A stretch of 63,234 bases of DNA, counting the filler, from Salisapilia sapeloensis CBS 127946 (lineage: Eukaryota > Protista > Oomycota), in the NCBI GenBank assembly GCA_023334545.1. It is 4 parts of 4 records of this genome, joined end to end, with 100 filler letters (N's around TTAATTAATTAA, not from the genome) between each part and the next. Parts side by side here need not be neighbours in the genome. Positions count along the whole stretch, not along the records: positions 1 to 29,158 come from JAADVB010000228.1; 3 more parts are not named here. The stretch is one strand, 5' to 3'. Position 1 is the first letter of the stretch. Each line of letters opens with the position of its first letter. Positions 12,359-24,587 of this stretch are shown piece after piece. Under the pieces are notes generated by a model, which saw nothing but the letters and a program-made list of their open reading frames with translations, was not told the origin of the DNA and did not search any database. A program made the translations under genes and the position numbers.

Positions 12359-14296
12359 TTAAAGACGCAAGTAGCGCAGCACATCCTTGTCAAAGCACGA
12401 CTTGATCAACGTATCTCCATTCACCAATTTCGTCGTTGCAATGACGATATCATACGGACCTACATCACATACACATCAGTATATCTACAAGCAAAATAAA
12501 AAAATATAAACCATACAATCCGGTTGGTGCGAAATATGACGCAGCGCAGCGATCTCCGCGTACGTGACACCTCCGATAAAGTACACGAGCATCGTACGCC
12601 TCTCCACAGCACCGAGGCTATCCATCTTACCAGTACTCGCACCCCCATCTTCATTCTGCGCAGGTGTTGCCTGCGATACTTCTGCCGACGGTCCAGGTAA
12701 TTGTCTTAAGGCTTCTTGCATCGTACTCCATCCACGAGGCTTCATCGCGTGCTCCACGATCCGCGCAGACAACGGCGCATATCCAGGCGCATGTCCCTGC
12801 GTTACGTACGCACAGTCCTTGGGATTCCGTGGATCCACATCCTCATTAATGAGTCGGAACGACTTGCGCGCAAGAGAGAAGCCGGTACCATCTGCCCAGA
12901 GCGTATCACGTTTACGGAAGAGCCCAGCTTTCTCTAGGTTCGTTAACGCCAGTAGCATTTCAAATCCATACGTCTGGACAAGCTCACGTTTCAAATGATC
13001 AAAGTTCTTCTGTCGGATGCCACCAAGCGCAACGGATTGAAGACACACTTCTCGTAGCACAGCCAAGAGCGGTTCATGCGCACCAATCCGGTCTTCAATC
13101 TGATCAAAGACCGTCTCACCCATGAGCATACTATGCTGTTCGACTTTTAAATCTCTAAAAGCCTTGCTATCCGTCGTCTTTTTCACCATTTCCGCGAGAT
13201 TAATATGCTGTTGTAAGCTCTGGTAGTTCTGTTTGAGACCTGGAATACGTTTTACAAACTCTCGAATTTCATTAATCGACGCATCACGATTCTTTCGGAA
13301 CTCATCATATCGTTCACGAATGTCACGAGCTTGTTGCTGTAAGTGGACACCGAGTTTCTCCACGTGATAGTCACGTACTTCGGCAAAGAGTGTGTCATTC
13401 GAGTTTAATGGAATCGACACTTTCTGTCCTGCAGTCTTCTGACTATCTTCATCTGCTACGAGCTCTGCATCGACAGACACGAAAGCATTCGAGATACCTA
13501 ACGTCTCGTCCAATAGACCTTCATACGTTAATGGCGTGCACATGGGTGTCACGAGATCAACGTTCCGATCCAAAAGCACGAGCGTATCGATCTCTGGATC
13601 TAACGTACTGATACGATTGCCAGCAACTTCCTGTTCATGACGAAAGTTACTCATGAGCTGCCACACGGCTCGAGACATGGTCCCTTTGTACTTGACATTC
13701 GGGATGACACCAAAGAGCGTCTGGAGCTTGGTGATAGACGAAGCGATGGTTTGCAAGTGGGTCTTATCGGAGTCGATATACAGCTCTTTAAAGCATCCAT
13801 CGAGCTCGAGTGTCAAGATATCGTCGTCGAAAGGGATCAAGTCGAGACGGAACTCGCCAATGCTAAGACTACCAAACACCCCTTCCTTCTTCAACACTTC
13901 ATCACACGCTAACGTACGATGTCCGACAAAGTACAAAAAGTATCTCTTCTTCTTATGCCCAGAATCCGTGGATGAACTCGAAGCTGGACCGAGCTCACGA
14001 ATGTATCGAGCGACATATCGCATCGAGCGGATCGACGGACGAACGAGGAATAAAATAGACTCACAAGTAGTCTTGATATTCTTCCCAAAAGCTAGGAAAT
14101 CGACGACACCATGGTCTTTCAGTGCTCCAATGCCATCGACGAGCACGTGGTTCAGAGGTCCACTGAGCTCTGGATCCAACACGAAGCAAATGTCTTTGCC
14201 GATATTGTCCAGTAGCGAATATAACTCGCGACGAGAATCCTCTCGTAGGACAGCCAAGTTGAGCACAGCATTCTCTAATGAACTCGTCTTGGACAT
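12359..14296 (-). CDS. VPS33: Vacuolar protein sorting 33 (Sec1/Munc18 family)
   Basis: 603-aa ORF with LDRNVDLVTPMCTPLTYEGLLDE and VYFIGGVTYAEIAALR. A last short exon PYDIVIATTKLVNG follows an intron at ~12461-12512. Confidence 0.92.
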
Positions 14297-14362
14297 GATG
14301 CGATTCCTCCCTTTTACGTATGATACGTGAAGACCATACTTTACTTCATATTAAAAGTAGAG

Positions 14363-15725
14363 ATGCTACGACGGACGTGTCGACAGCCATGGCGGCGTGC
14401 ACGTGCTTTATCGACCTCTATCCAACACGAGGCAACTGACAAAGCTGAAGTACTTACTCGAGAATTCATCTATGGTTCCTTGTACATGCAAGACAGTGGC
14501 TACTTTACGACACCGGAACGAGAGGTGCTCCATGCACCAGAGCAGTTTATCAATTTCAGTGACTTACTAGGCTCATGGGACTATCGTCGTAAGCTCGCGG
14601 AGCTGTATACGGCTAGGAAGGAAGCATGGCTTACCCCTGTAGAAGTATTTGCGCCTTACTACTCCCATGCCATTGCCCAGTACATGCTCCACTCGCCATT
14701 CTGTAAGCAGCGCATGCGCATCGTCGAGGTTGGTGGAGGTGCAGGCACGAATGCACTGCATATCCTCAACTACCTCCAATCCCATGCACCAGACGTGTAC
14801 GCGAACACGACGTACACACTCGTCGAGATCAGTCCTGTGATGGCCGAAAGACAGCGCCAGCGTGTCCAGCAAAAGCATCCAAAGCAGTGCCAAGTCATTA
14901 ATAGCGACATGCTAACGTACGCTGATCAGCATGATCCTATTAATGCCGAGTGCTTTGTCATTGCACTCGAAGTCCTGGACAATCTACCGCATGACAAGGT
15001 CGTACTACGCAATGGCAAGTGGTATGAGACGACTGTGCGCCTGAACGACAGCTCGTTAGAAGAGCACATTCGACCAGTACAAGACCCTCTTATTCAGCAA
15101 ACGATGCAGACATTTGGGTGTGAGCTACCTCTCAAGACAGAGTACAAGTACAATTCGTCCATGGCCAAGACACTTCGACGATTAGCAGGCAAGACAGACG
15201 CAGAGCTCACGTCTGCCTTCATCCCGACTGGTGCCATGCAGCTACTCTATACGCTCGAAAAGTCTTTCCCTCGACATCATGTCATTGCTGCTGACTTTGA
15301 CCAACTACCTCCTCCTACTCTCGATCCTACCTCTACTATCAAAGCTTTAAACCATGCCAAGAGCCCAACTTCGACGTCTGAAGGCTCATTACATGCAGCA
15401 AACGCACCTCTCGTAGCATCCAAAACTACTGGTGAAACGAAAGACCATGACACATACCTCGTCCAAGGAGGTGTCGCGGACATTTTCTTCCCAACCGACT
15501 TTGCTCGCCTTAAACGTGCCTACTCAACGACATTAAATCGCAATGCAAGTGAAGTCTCTGTCGTCAAGTCCTCCGCTTTCCTCAGCCAATTCGCAGACGT
15601 GAGCAAGACCAAGACTATCCTAGGGTACCTTTCTATTCTATCTACTTGTCATCTGTATCTCACTTGTCACTAGGTACAACCCATTGATCGAGGACTACAC
15701 CAACACGACATTCCTCTTGTCCTAG
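14363..15725 (+). CDS. NDUFAF7: NDUFAF7/MidA (DUF185) SAM-dependent methyltransferase, mitochondrial
   Basis: Basic N-terminal transit-like peptide, followed by TPVEVFAPYY, IVEVGGGAGT, VEISP, EVLDNLPHD and DIFFPTDF. The final exon is YNPLIEDYTNTTFLLS*. Confidence 0.8.
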
Positions 15726-15758
15726 ACCAAAGGAAATAGAATATTCAGACTTAGACTC

Positions 15759-17335
15759 TCACTTGCGCCTACGTTTCTTGCCACCGACTTCGTATACTTG
15801 CTTGTAAACAGCATCCGATAACTTGTTCTCCGATTTTGCAGCATCCACACGATCCGTGCAGGTCGCGCAGAGGATATACGTCGACGTCGTAATGTCCGGC
15901 GTCCCACCTCCCAACTGCGTAATGTCCTTCGGAACGTGTGCTTTACAATACGACGTGACGCAAAAGCGACACGAGTACAGAGCTACCACGCCACATTGCT
16001 GGCATCGATGGCGTGGACATCGCCACACACCTTCTTCCGGAACGGTGTACCCTAGACAGTCTTCATGATAGACCTTGGGACACTTGCCAAAGCCACCGTT
16101 CATGCCGTTCCAATCACACTCGATGACGTCTCCTCCATCTTTACAGCAGTAGCACACATCTTCCGATTCGGACACATCATTCACTGCCTCTCGTCCCGTC
16201 AAGTACTCAACGTAAGAAGCAAAGTAGTCTAATAATCCCATCGACTCATTCACAGGAGGCAACGCCTGTGTCTCCTCATCGGAGTCAGGAAGAGGAATCT
16301 CCTGTACGATATCTTCTGTACTATTATTATTTGTCTGATTCTCTTTATCGACCGGACGTTCATCGTCGACAACGGTCTCGCTACCGGCACAGTTCGGGCA
16401 TTGCCAACTCTTATTTTTCCGCACGCGGTCGATGTTCGCCTTGCCGATCAGTTTATACAGACAAGTGGTGCAGTAGGCAGCGATGCATTGCGGGTGGGAA
16501 CACTTCTTAACGGCCTTTCTTGCCGTCGTGTCTGTCGGATCAGAGCAGACACCACAGACGCTGTTCTGGACGACCGGGTCGGTGCTCTCCATTTGTTTCT
16601 GCACTCGCTTCTTCAGGATCGCTTGGAGACAGATCTTACACACAAAGACGTCGTTGCCCCACCCGTCCTACATGATACCGTTAGAGTTCTTCTCCTGTTG
16701 TTATCTAGTAACTTAAGACCTTAAGGACGAAGGGGTGTTTCGCGAACTGGGACTTGCATTCAGATTCAAGAAGACTGCAGAGAATGCATTTAGTCGGAAC
16801 TTGGCTCCTCCCGTTTTTCGCGGCCAACATGACTTGTTCCTCTCTACACCACTCACTTCAGACACTAATTCACTCTTTTCGTTCTAATCACCTACTTGAT
16901 CGGTTCTGGCTTGGCGTCCGTACGAGTAAGTTCTTTCTGAGCATCTATCTCCAATTGAGTGGATGTCTCTACCATCACATACTGCTGAAGTCGTTGCCAA
17001 GCATGCACTGCTTCTTCCAGGTACCCATAATCGATGCTCGAAGTGAATTGAAAACAAAAACACTTGGCTTTTTCATCTATTGTTACAATCCAAAGGACAG
17101 AATTCGTTTCTCGCTGAGGTAATAACCCCGAGAGGTGTGTTACTTGGAGCAAATGCTCCGTCACGCCGTCCGTCACGACTACTTTACGTTCCGTCTTGAG
17201 TGCAGAAGAACTCGATGGAGCGTCAGAACTTGGTGGCATATAAATAGACATGTGTGCTTCTAAACAAACTGTCTGGAAACGTTCTTCCGCCCCATGATCC
17301 GGCGTAAACGTCAATAAGACACCTCGGAAGGACAT
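15759..17335 (-). CDS. Chromatin-type Cys-rich protein with an NSD-like PHD finger at the C-terminus; 3 exons
   Basis: The ORF 16892-17335, an exon at ~16710-16842 (CILC..KHPFVLK) and the exon starting DGWGNDVFVCKIC splice in frame. The C-terminus reads CYCCKDGGDVIECD..CPKVYHEDCL..WRCPRHRCQQC. Confidence 0.7.
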
Positions 17336-17524
17336 GATGGAGCTGAAAATCGTTTTTTTCTAGCTTTGTGTCCGAAGTTCTATAAACTACCACCGTAGTA
17401 AACTTGAAGTTAAAAAGATCTTGAAAGGTCACGCATCCCATCTCCAGCTCACCAAGAAGTCGAGCAAGAGGCTCTTTGGATCGACACAGTGCGATGTTCA
17501 TTTCTTAATATCACCAGAGGAAAG

Positions 17525-18001
17525 ATGAGCAACCAAGAACAACAGCAACAGAACGACGGACAAGAGAAAGTCGAGCAAAAGCAGCAAAATCCGAATGAAG
17601 GACAGGATGAGATTGATCACACGAATGAAGAGCAGAAGAATGCTGTCGATGCGCTCGTTGACAGTTTGGCAAAAGGTCACGGCCGAATGAACAATGGGCA
17701 TGAGCATCAGTTGATGGCAGCGCTGCCTGCAGTGGAGCTCGAGTCCAAGGGACATCACTACAATCCTTGGACACGAGAGTACGTCAAGCTGGAGGCAAAG
17801 CCAGAGACTGATGGCAAAGCTACGCTCGGCATGAACGAGCAGCTACTAGCTAACGTATTCCACACGCCATTCCTAGGCTCTCTCCTTATCGTTGCCGCCG
17901 TTTTTGGTGTCATGATCGCGAAACGTACGATGAACAAGAGCAAGAGCTCTCAACGATCGGAAGACAGTGAAGACGACTGTCCGTACTTTCTCCAAGCATA
18001 A
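17525..18001 (+). CDS. Unknown single-pass membrane protein with a Gln/Glu-rich N-terminus
   Basis: ATG at 17525 and a hydrophobic stretch FLGSLLIVAAVFGVMIA followed by basic residues. Confidence 0.6.
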   Translation: MSNQEQQQQNDGQEKVEQKQQNPNEGQDEIDHTNEEQKNAVDALVDSLAKGHGRMNNGHEHQLMAALPAVELESKGHHYNPWTREYVKLEAKPETDGKATLGMNEQLLANVFHTPFLGSLLIVAAVFGVMIAKRTMNKSKSSQRSEDSEDDCPYFLQA

Positions 18002-18077
18002 AGCAAATATAACCAACAAGTCTTTCCCGTTCATGTATTTAAAAGCTTTATGTGTATACAAAAAGAATAGTTGTAGT

Positions 18078-19253
18078 CTAGAACGTAAAGGAGGCATTAT
18101 CATCTGCTCGTTGCTGTTTGAGACGTTCGAAGCGAGCCGTGAGTTCATCAAAGTCTGGTACGCTGTCCTGTCTCGCCGCTGGAGCAGCATTCTCTCCTGC
18201 ATTCGAACGCGACGATGCGTTGGAGGCATGGGATTGGGATAAATCAGACTGACTAAGCCCACGCGACTGCTGGAAGGACGAGTTCTCATACGCTGATGGT
18301 GGTGGAGGAGGACGTACTTGCGGTTGCATGATGCTAGGAGCTTCCGACATACCAGTCTCGCTCGGCGTGTAACGAGAGCTCGCGCCCGATGCAGATGGAT
18401 GGAAGGATGGTGCTGGCTGTGGAGGTAGAGTGTGCTCGTGAGTATGTTGCTGTGGCGTCTAGAATACTGCGATTAATATTTTTCGACAAGAAATAGCCGA
18501 CATGTACGTACGGTAGAGTAGACGGAAGCATAGCCCGGACCAGAGACAGCTCCACTAGTAACCGAAGTACCGCTTGGTGCAGGTGTTGGCGCGAGAGGGT
18601 CTTGGACAGCCTCCTCGTCTTCTTCCCATTGGACGCCATAGTTATTCGCAATCTCTTTCAAGTAGTTTACGACGAGATAGGCCGATGGAGGCTGAACACC
18701 CAATTTCTCCATCACACGTTCATTCACACACCCGTCGACGTTCCGAATGGCCGAGGCAGCAAAGTCCTGTCCGTATTTCTTTGTCAATTGTTTCTTGACT
18801 TCTAGTAACTCTGGCACTTCTGTTCGATTCGCAGCCCAGATCAAGGTGCATACAGCTTCTCGCATGTCATACGGACACTCACGTTCCGTGTGGATGAGAT
18901 TCTAGTCACAAGTGATGAATCGCAGGTACAATCGGAGATAGAACATGTACCCTACAGCTCTTTCAGCGACGAGTTCACACAGTAGCTCCAGCACTTCATA
19001 CGCTTCCACCGTAAAATCGTCTCGAATAATACCTTCCACCTACATTACATGAGTATTTTTGCTAATACGAATGCGAATCGATGGCAAAGTGTACCCTGAT
19101 ACGAGCCTTTTCATCTTTTCCCTGCTCCAGAAGCGTTGCGACCTCTCGTCGTTGGCCGATGACACCATTGGATTTCTTATTCTTTATAATACCGATACGG
19201 TGGACTGCCATCTTTAAGTTCGGCTTAAGCTTATTGATATTAAACCCAAACAT
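18078..19253 (-). CDS. IST1: IST1 (ESCRT-III-like regulator of Vps4); multi-exon
   Basis: MFGFNINKLKPNLKMAVHR, KDEKARIR|VEGIIRDD, REAVCTLIWAA and a C-terminal PDFDELTARFERLK (MIM-like). Confidence 0.9.
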
Positions 19254-19427
19254 GACCAAGTAGAAGACGCGAATCGGATTGTGTCCGAAGGAGGAATTAA
19301 GGAGGACAGATAAGCGTTGGACTATCTTTTAATTGGCTAAAATTCCACATACGGTCTGTTCATTGGTCTAAAACGCACTGCGCTTCTTGATTTCTTCCTT
19401 GTAGGGCTTCTCTCGTCCATCAAGTAC

Positions 19428-19949
19428 TTATTCACCCCATGTGGGTGGCTTCTTCATACCTTTAAATTTCCGTCGAGAGCTTGGTTGAGACGATTCTTCA
19501 CTTGCATGACTAGTTTCACTCAAATCCTCTTCATGATGCGTTTTACGCAACTTGTGGAAAATATCGGCTGCTCTTCGACGACGCGAACCACTCGAGTACT
19601 CATCTGCTGACTTGGACAGCTCGCTCGAGCTCGAACCACTTCCACGACGGCTATCGATGTGCTGCTCCTTCTGCTGCTGTCGAACTTGATCCGCAGGCTG
19701 GAAATGGACGACGTCTTCGTCATCCTCATCGCTACGAGCTACCGGCGATTTCCGGCCGCTTCCTCGACTCGAAGGCGGTGGGCTTCCGCCATAATACTTT
19801 TTCTCCAAGACGCGATAGTAATACCAGGCATTGAGCGAGAGGTAGGAGAACCAGATAAATGACGTCTTGCGCAATTGCGGACTAAGAAGGATGGCCACGA
19901 TATAGACGCCAAATAGTCCAGCAAACACGAAACTAGCGGTCTCGAGCAT
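19428..19949 (-). CDS. Unknown membrane protein: two N-terminal hydrophobic segments and an S/R-rich disordered tail
   Basis: The first ATG at 19949 gives MLETASFVFAGLFGVYIVAILL..FIWFSYLSLNAWYYY, followed by low-complexity sequence. Confidence 0.6.
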   Translation of the reverse strand: MLETASFVFAGLFGVYIVAILLSPQLRKTSFIWFSYLSLNAWYYYRVLEKKYYGGSPPPSSRGSGRKSPVARSDEDDEDVVHFQPADQVRQQQKEQHIDSRRGSGSSSSELSKSADEYSSGSRRRRAADIFHKLRKTHHEEDLSETSHASEESSQPSSRRKFKGMKKPPTWGE

Positions 19950-20115
19950 GTCAATCGACAAGAGCAGAAATGAAGTGCCAAGACGTAGAGTAATCGTTCC
20001 ACCGTCTCCCTTGTTTCTTATGTCGTAGGCCGTTCATCCGGATATTACGCCATGATTATACGGATGACGTCAACTTCAAGTAAACTGTGAAAGGGCGTTA
20101 TCGACAAGTAGCAAG

Positions 20116-22361
20116 ATGGCGGAACCGCTCGAGACGTCCATCCCGAAGACACAGGAAGTGCTGCAGCCACTAGTGGCGAAACCCAAGCTTTCTGAAAAGC
20201 TACTTGCAAAGCCTCCTTTTCGTTTCTTGCATGATGTATTTGCAGCCGTCTTGGACAGCACGGGCTTCCCATCTGACTTGTATAATGCTGTCGAGCGAGA
20301 CTCGGCGAATATTAAGGATAAAGCCCAGAAAACGGCGTATCTAGACAAAATGATCGTATGCGTGTCAACGTGTCTTGATAGGCAGTTGGACGTCCGATCG
20401 ACAAAGATCGTTTCAGGTGCCGAGCCCGAGTGCACAAACCTCTTCCTCCAAGCACTTGCTGAAGCTGCTACTAGCTCATCTTCCAATTGGAAGGATGCAG
20501 TCGAGAAAACACTATCCAAAGTCCCATCACTTACGCCTGAAGGTGAGCTGGTGGTAGTTTCAGCAGAAGCGTCGGAACCAGCGACCACCTCGGTGGATGA
20601 GAAGCCAGCTAAGCCAAAGTCTTCCGAATCAGTAGGATAGACATTATACATACATGTATCAAATGTTCATTTCAATCTTGCAACTAGAAAAAACGTGCGG
20701 ACAATCCGCCTGAAGCGAAGCAGGCACCTCCAGAGCCTACTGAAGAGGCTGAGGCAAAGCCATCCAACGCTCCAAAGCTTGAAAAGAAAAAATCAAGAAC
20801 AGCGACACCACCCAATCCCGACGCGACTCAAGACAAGCAAGAGTCTGCTCCCAAAGAATCAACTCCAGCGCCAAAACCCGAAAAGAAAAAGTCACGTCCG
20901 AAGCCTTCTGGGCCTAGCGCAGAAGTCGCTCCGTTGATAGAAGCCTGCAATGGAGACGTCGAGCGCACAAAGGAATTGGTCGAAGGGATTATCTCTAAAC
21001 CCAAGATGTCCACAAAGCTCCTCGGCAAACCTCCCTTTCGCTTCCTCCACGACATGATCTCGGAGATCACACGCACTACGGGCTTCGCAGAAGGCCTCTA
21101 CACGGCGGAAGAGCTTGACTCGGGCAACATCAAGGACAAGCAAGCTAAGATGGACTACTTGAACAAAATAATTCAGTGTGTTAATTGTCATTTGCACGTG
21201 CAAGTTGAAGCGAAACCTGCCAAGATAGTCGCCGGCCTCGACCCAGAGGACACCAACTACTTTCTCCAGCTACTAACAATCGCTTGTCGTCATGGTAACT
21301 CTGCCGAAGCCGTTCAACGCGTGCTTTCAGGAGACACCAGTGCCAAATCAGGCAGTGGCAGCGGCTCGAGAGCATCCAAGTCGGAGCGTGCTGAATCCAA
21401 AGCGGCATCTCGCGATTCCACTCCACAAGAGACTAAGCGTCGCCCATCCTCCAAGGAAGCCAAGAAGGAAAAACCTCAGACAGAAGTACCTTCGGGTAAC
21501 TTTTCCGGACCGGTCAAGTCCATCCAACCCCAGCAGCCGCCTGCTCCGGAAGATGACGACGATGACAGGATGCTGCAGTTCGGATCCGACCCGCAGGATG
21601 ATGATGAAGACAGACCGTACGTGTCGCCTGGCACGGCAACGGGCTTTGGCACAAGTCGCACAGCTCGTCCCACAACGGCACGTCGTCGTCCACCAAAGCT
21701 CAAGGAGAATGTGACCGAGGCAGGAAGACTACTCGCTCCAGACGTGAAAGCTGCACCTGTCGCGGGGATCATGAAAGACGGCGATAACGAAGATAGTGAC
21801 GACGAGACGGCTGCCGATGATGTTGCTGGGCCAAGTGACTCTGCTGCTCTCGTTTCCGACGATCCTTCTACCCACGGTCGTCTCGTTCGTGACATTCTGA
21901 AGAACCAATCTGCCGACGACGGTGGTAAGAAGCAAGAAGAAGATGTAAACATCACTGATGCTGAAGCAGGCATTCGTCTTGGTCGACGTCGGAAGACGAT
22001 GAAAGACAAGTCAGGGAGCGCAGCGTCCAGCGCGTCAGAGATGAATGAGCTCCGAGCAACAATCCAACGTTTGTGTCAGGCTGCGAATCCTGTTGGAAAG
22101 AGCATCGAGTTTGTGCATGAAGATTTAGATGCGATGACGAAAGAGTTGGACAAGTGGCGATCGGAATACGATGAAAAGAACAAGGTATATGAGAAGGAGA
22201 AGAAGCGGACGGATGAGGCGTTGCAGCCATTGCAGCTAAAACTCGTGGACATGGAAGAGCAGGTCAAAGAACAAGTGCACAAGATTAACACTTTGAAAGC
22301 GACGATCGCGAAGAACGATGAGAAGACGCAAAAGCTATTGCGCATGGTCGTCTCTGCTTAA
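20116..22361 (+). CDS. TRAF3IP1: IFT54/TRAF3IP1 (MIP-T3) with two N-terminal CH domains; 2 exons
   Basis: The motif KP(K)..KLL.KPPFRFLHD occurs twice. Intron 20632-20687 joins the two ORFs through an open P/K/E-rich linker. The central RP.TARRRPP motif and the C-terminal coiled coil (LCQAANPVGKSIEFVHEDLDAM) are present. Confidence 0.9.
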
Positions 22362-22412
22362 CTCCCGATAAAACATCTCACTCCTTTGCATTTATGAAAA
22401 TGAAGAAACACT

Positions 22413-23307
22413 TTATAAAGCATGAACGTCTTTATCAGCACCGACTTGACCCCCAGTACGCTCTTGTACCTCTGGTAATTGCTGCTCTTTATCCCGAATA
22501 CGTTTGGAAACCCACGGATTGCTCTTGTCTCGACGTAAATCGCCCAAACGAGGAATCTTATCCGCCTGATCTCTCCAAGGCTCTGCCTGCTCTGCCAATG
22601 TTGGGTTGTTGACTAGCTGTGGGTACCATTGTGATCGAATGGACTCACGTTCGTCCTTGGATAAATCACCTCGTGCTTGTGGGAACCAGTCGAGTACCCT
22701 CTGGAGCACGAGAGCTGTCGCGACAGACAGATTGAGACTCTCGGTAAAGCCAACAATGGGTAAGTAAACCCGCTTGTTGGCAGCTCGAAGCATTTCCTGA
22801 CTTACGCCATCTATTTCGCGACCCATGACAAGTGCCAATTTATCTGGCAAGTCTGTCGGTTTATGCTCATCTATTAATGGAACTGCTTCAGGAGATAAGT
22901 CAGTTGCCCAAATAGTACACCCTTCAGCACGCAGAGCAGTTATGCAATCCGAGATACTTGTAAATTCACGAATGGTGAGCCAAAAGCTAGCGTTTTTCGT
23001 AATTTTCTTCGTCCCATTGCGTCGTTTCTTTTTCAGGGTCTTTACTTGTTCTGGATTTGGATTGATGATCCACACGTGCTGAATTCCAAGTGCCTCTGCA
23101 GTACGAAGAGCCGACTGGTGGTTTAATGTGTCCATGCAATGTTCAAGGACAAGCACAATACGACCTATGCCATTCACGTTTAGTGCCCATTTGTGCCTAT
23201 AAGTTGCCTACTGGATAGAAGACCGAACCTGTGCGGTTATCAAGGACGGTTTCGGCTCGACGAAGGCGCTCCGGTGCCTCCATTTTGTCGACCTCTTCAC
23301 CAGCCAT
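22413..23307 (-). CDS. SpoU/TrmH family RNA 2'-O-methyltransferase; 2 exons
   Basis: Exon 1 MAGEEVDKMEAPERLRRAETVLDNRTG splices to RIVLVLEH..NHQSALRTAEALG, LVMGREIDGVS and GFTESLNLSVA (SPOUT motifs). Confidence 0.85.
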
Positions 23308-24587
23308 TTTGTGTTGAAACTTGTTGTCAGAATAATTCACTTGAGTTTAGTATGGTAGTATCAGATGAAATGAAGTTGAGCTATATGAGTACTCCTTAAA
23401 TCTCTATGTAGTGCTTTTGACCGATTAAGTTGGATAGTTATAAAGGAGATGGGCTACTTGAAGCTTCAGTGTTTATTTTTCCTAGTAGAAGTACTTGTAG
23501 ATCATACTTTGTAAATTTCACTTGTGGTCACTTAAAATGAATACAAGAACGAAGGATGATCAAGTATGGTACGCAGTTTCTTAGATAAAGGATAGAGAGC
23601 TATATTTGTGCCGTGAGCTTGAAAGCAATTTCTGCTCGCAAAATATCGTCTTGTGGGCTTAATTGTGCACTTTAGTTCTGAGATAAGTCTGTATCGTAAA
23701 TGAACGTGAACAAGTCAAAGGGAGATGAAATGACATGCGAGAACTCTAGTTTTTCGAAAGGTGGAAGTTGATTAAAGGCTTTGCGATATACTTGATCTTG
23801 GAACGCTTAAATTTCGTGTATTACTCAAAGGAGCCACTAGGTCATTGCTGTTGAACAAGAGGTAGATCATAACTCGATATAAACATCAACAGAATTTGTA
23901 CGATATCACGATAGCATGTATGCTCGAAAATACCTGACAAAGTCCACAGCTCAGACATCTGCAGTTCAGTATTTAAACACGCTACAGTCTACGAAAAGAC
24001 CGTTGGATGCATTTTTGTTTGGGACATAAATTCTATATTTATTTCTACACAGTTGTCAGACAAAAGAGTCTTCGATAGCAACAAGATGAACTAGTCATGT
24101 AGTGCAAAAGAATTCTCGAGGGCACATAAAGACAAAGTGGCTGACTATATTCACATATGCATTTACTTTATTTTCTTGTTTTTTGGCGATTATACGCATT
24201 TGGATTCGTCTCATATTAACTTGAATGCCTACTTTGCTCATTTACAAGCAAAGGGCAACGCTGGAGACAAGAACCTAAGTGGAACTCTACAGAAACTTCT
24301 ACAATGGCAAATATATAGATCATTGTCATGCATCATAATCAAAGAATTTTAAAAGACATTTACCAGATAGATTGGGATCGTGGAAAATATATTCAAGTGC
24401 ATTTACGCCTTTGCTTCTCTTTCCTTGGTTGTCATGAAAGTACTTATTCCCACTACCTCTTCAAGGAAAGGGTCGAGGTCATAGAGAAACAACAGTAGAC
24501 AAGCACATCTAAAGCCTATCTACTTGATGCAAAAGTACAGAGACAACACATTCCACTCGATCTCCATCCCACTGCGTTCCGATCCAA

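Noticed and set aside
23400-24580. AT-rich desert with one 71-aa ORF
   Set aside because: No coding, repeat or RNA-gene signal was recognisable.
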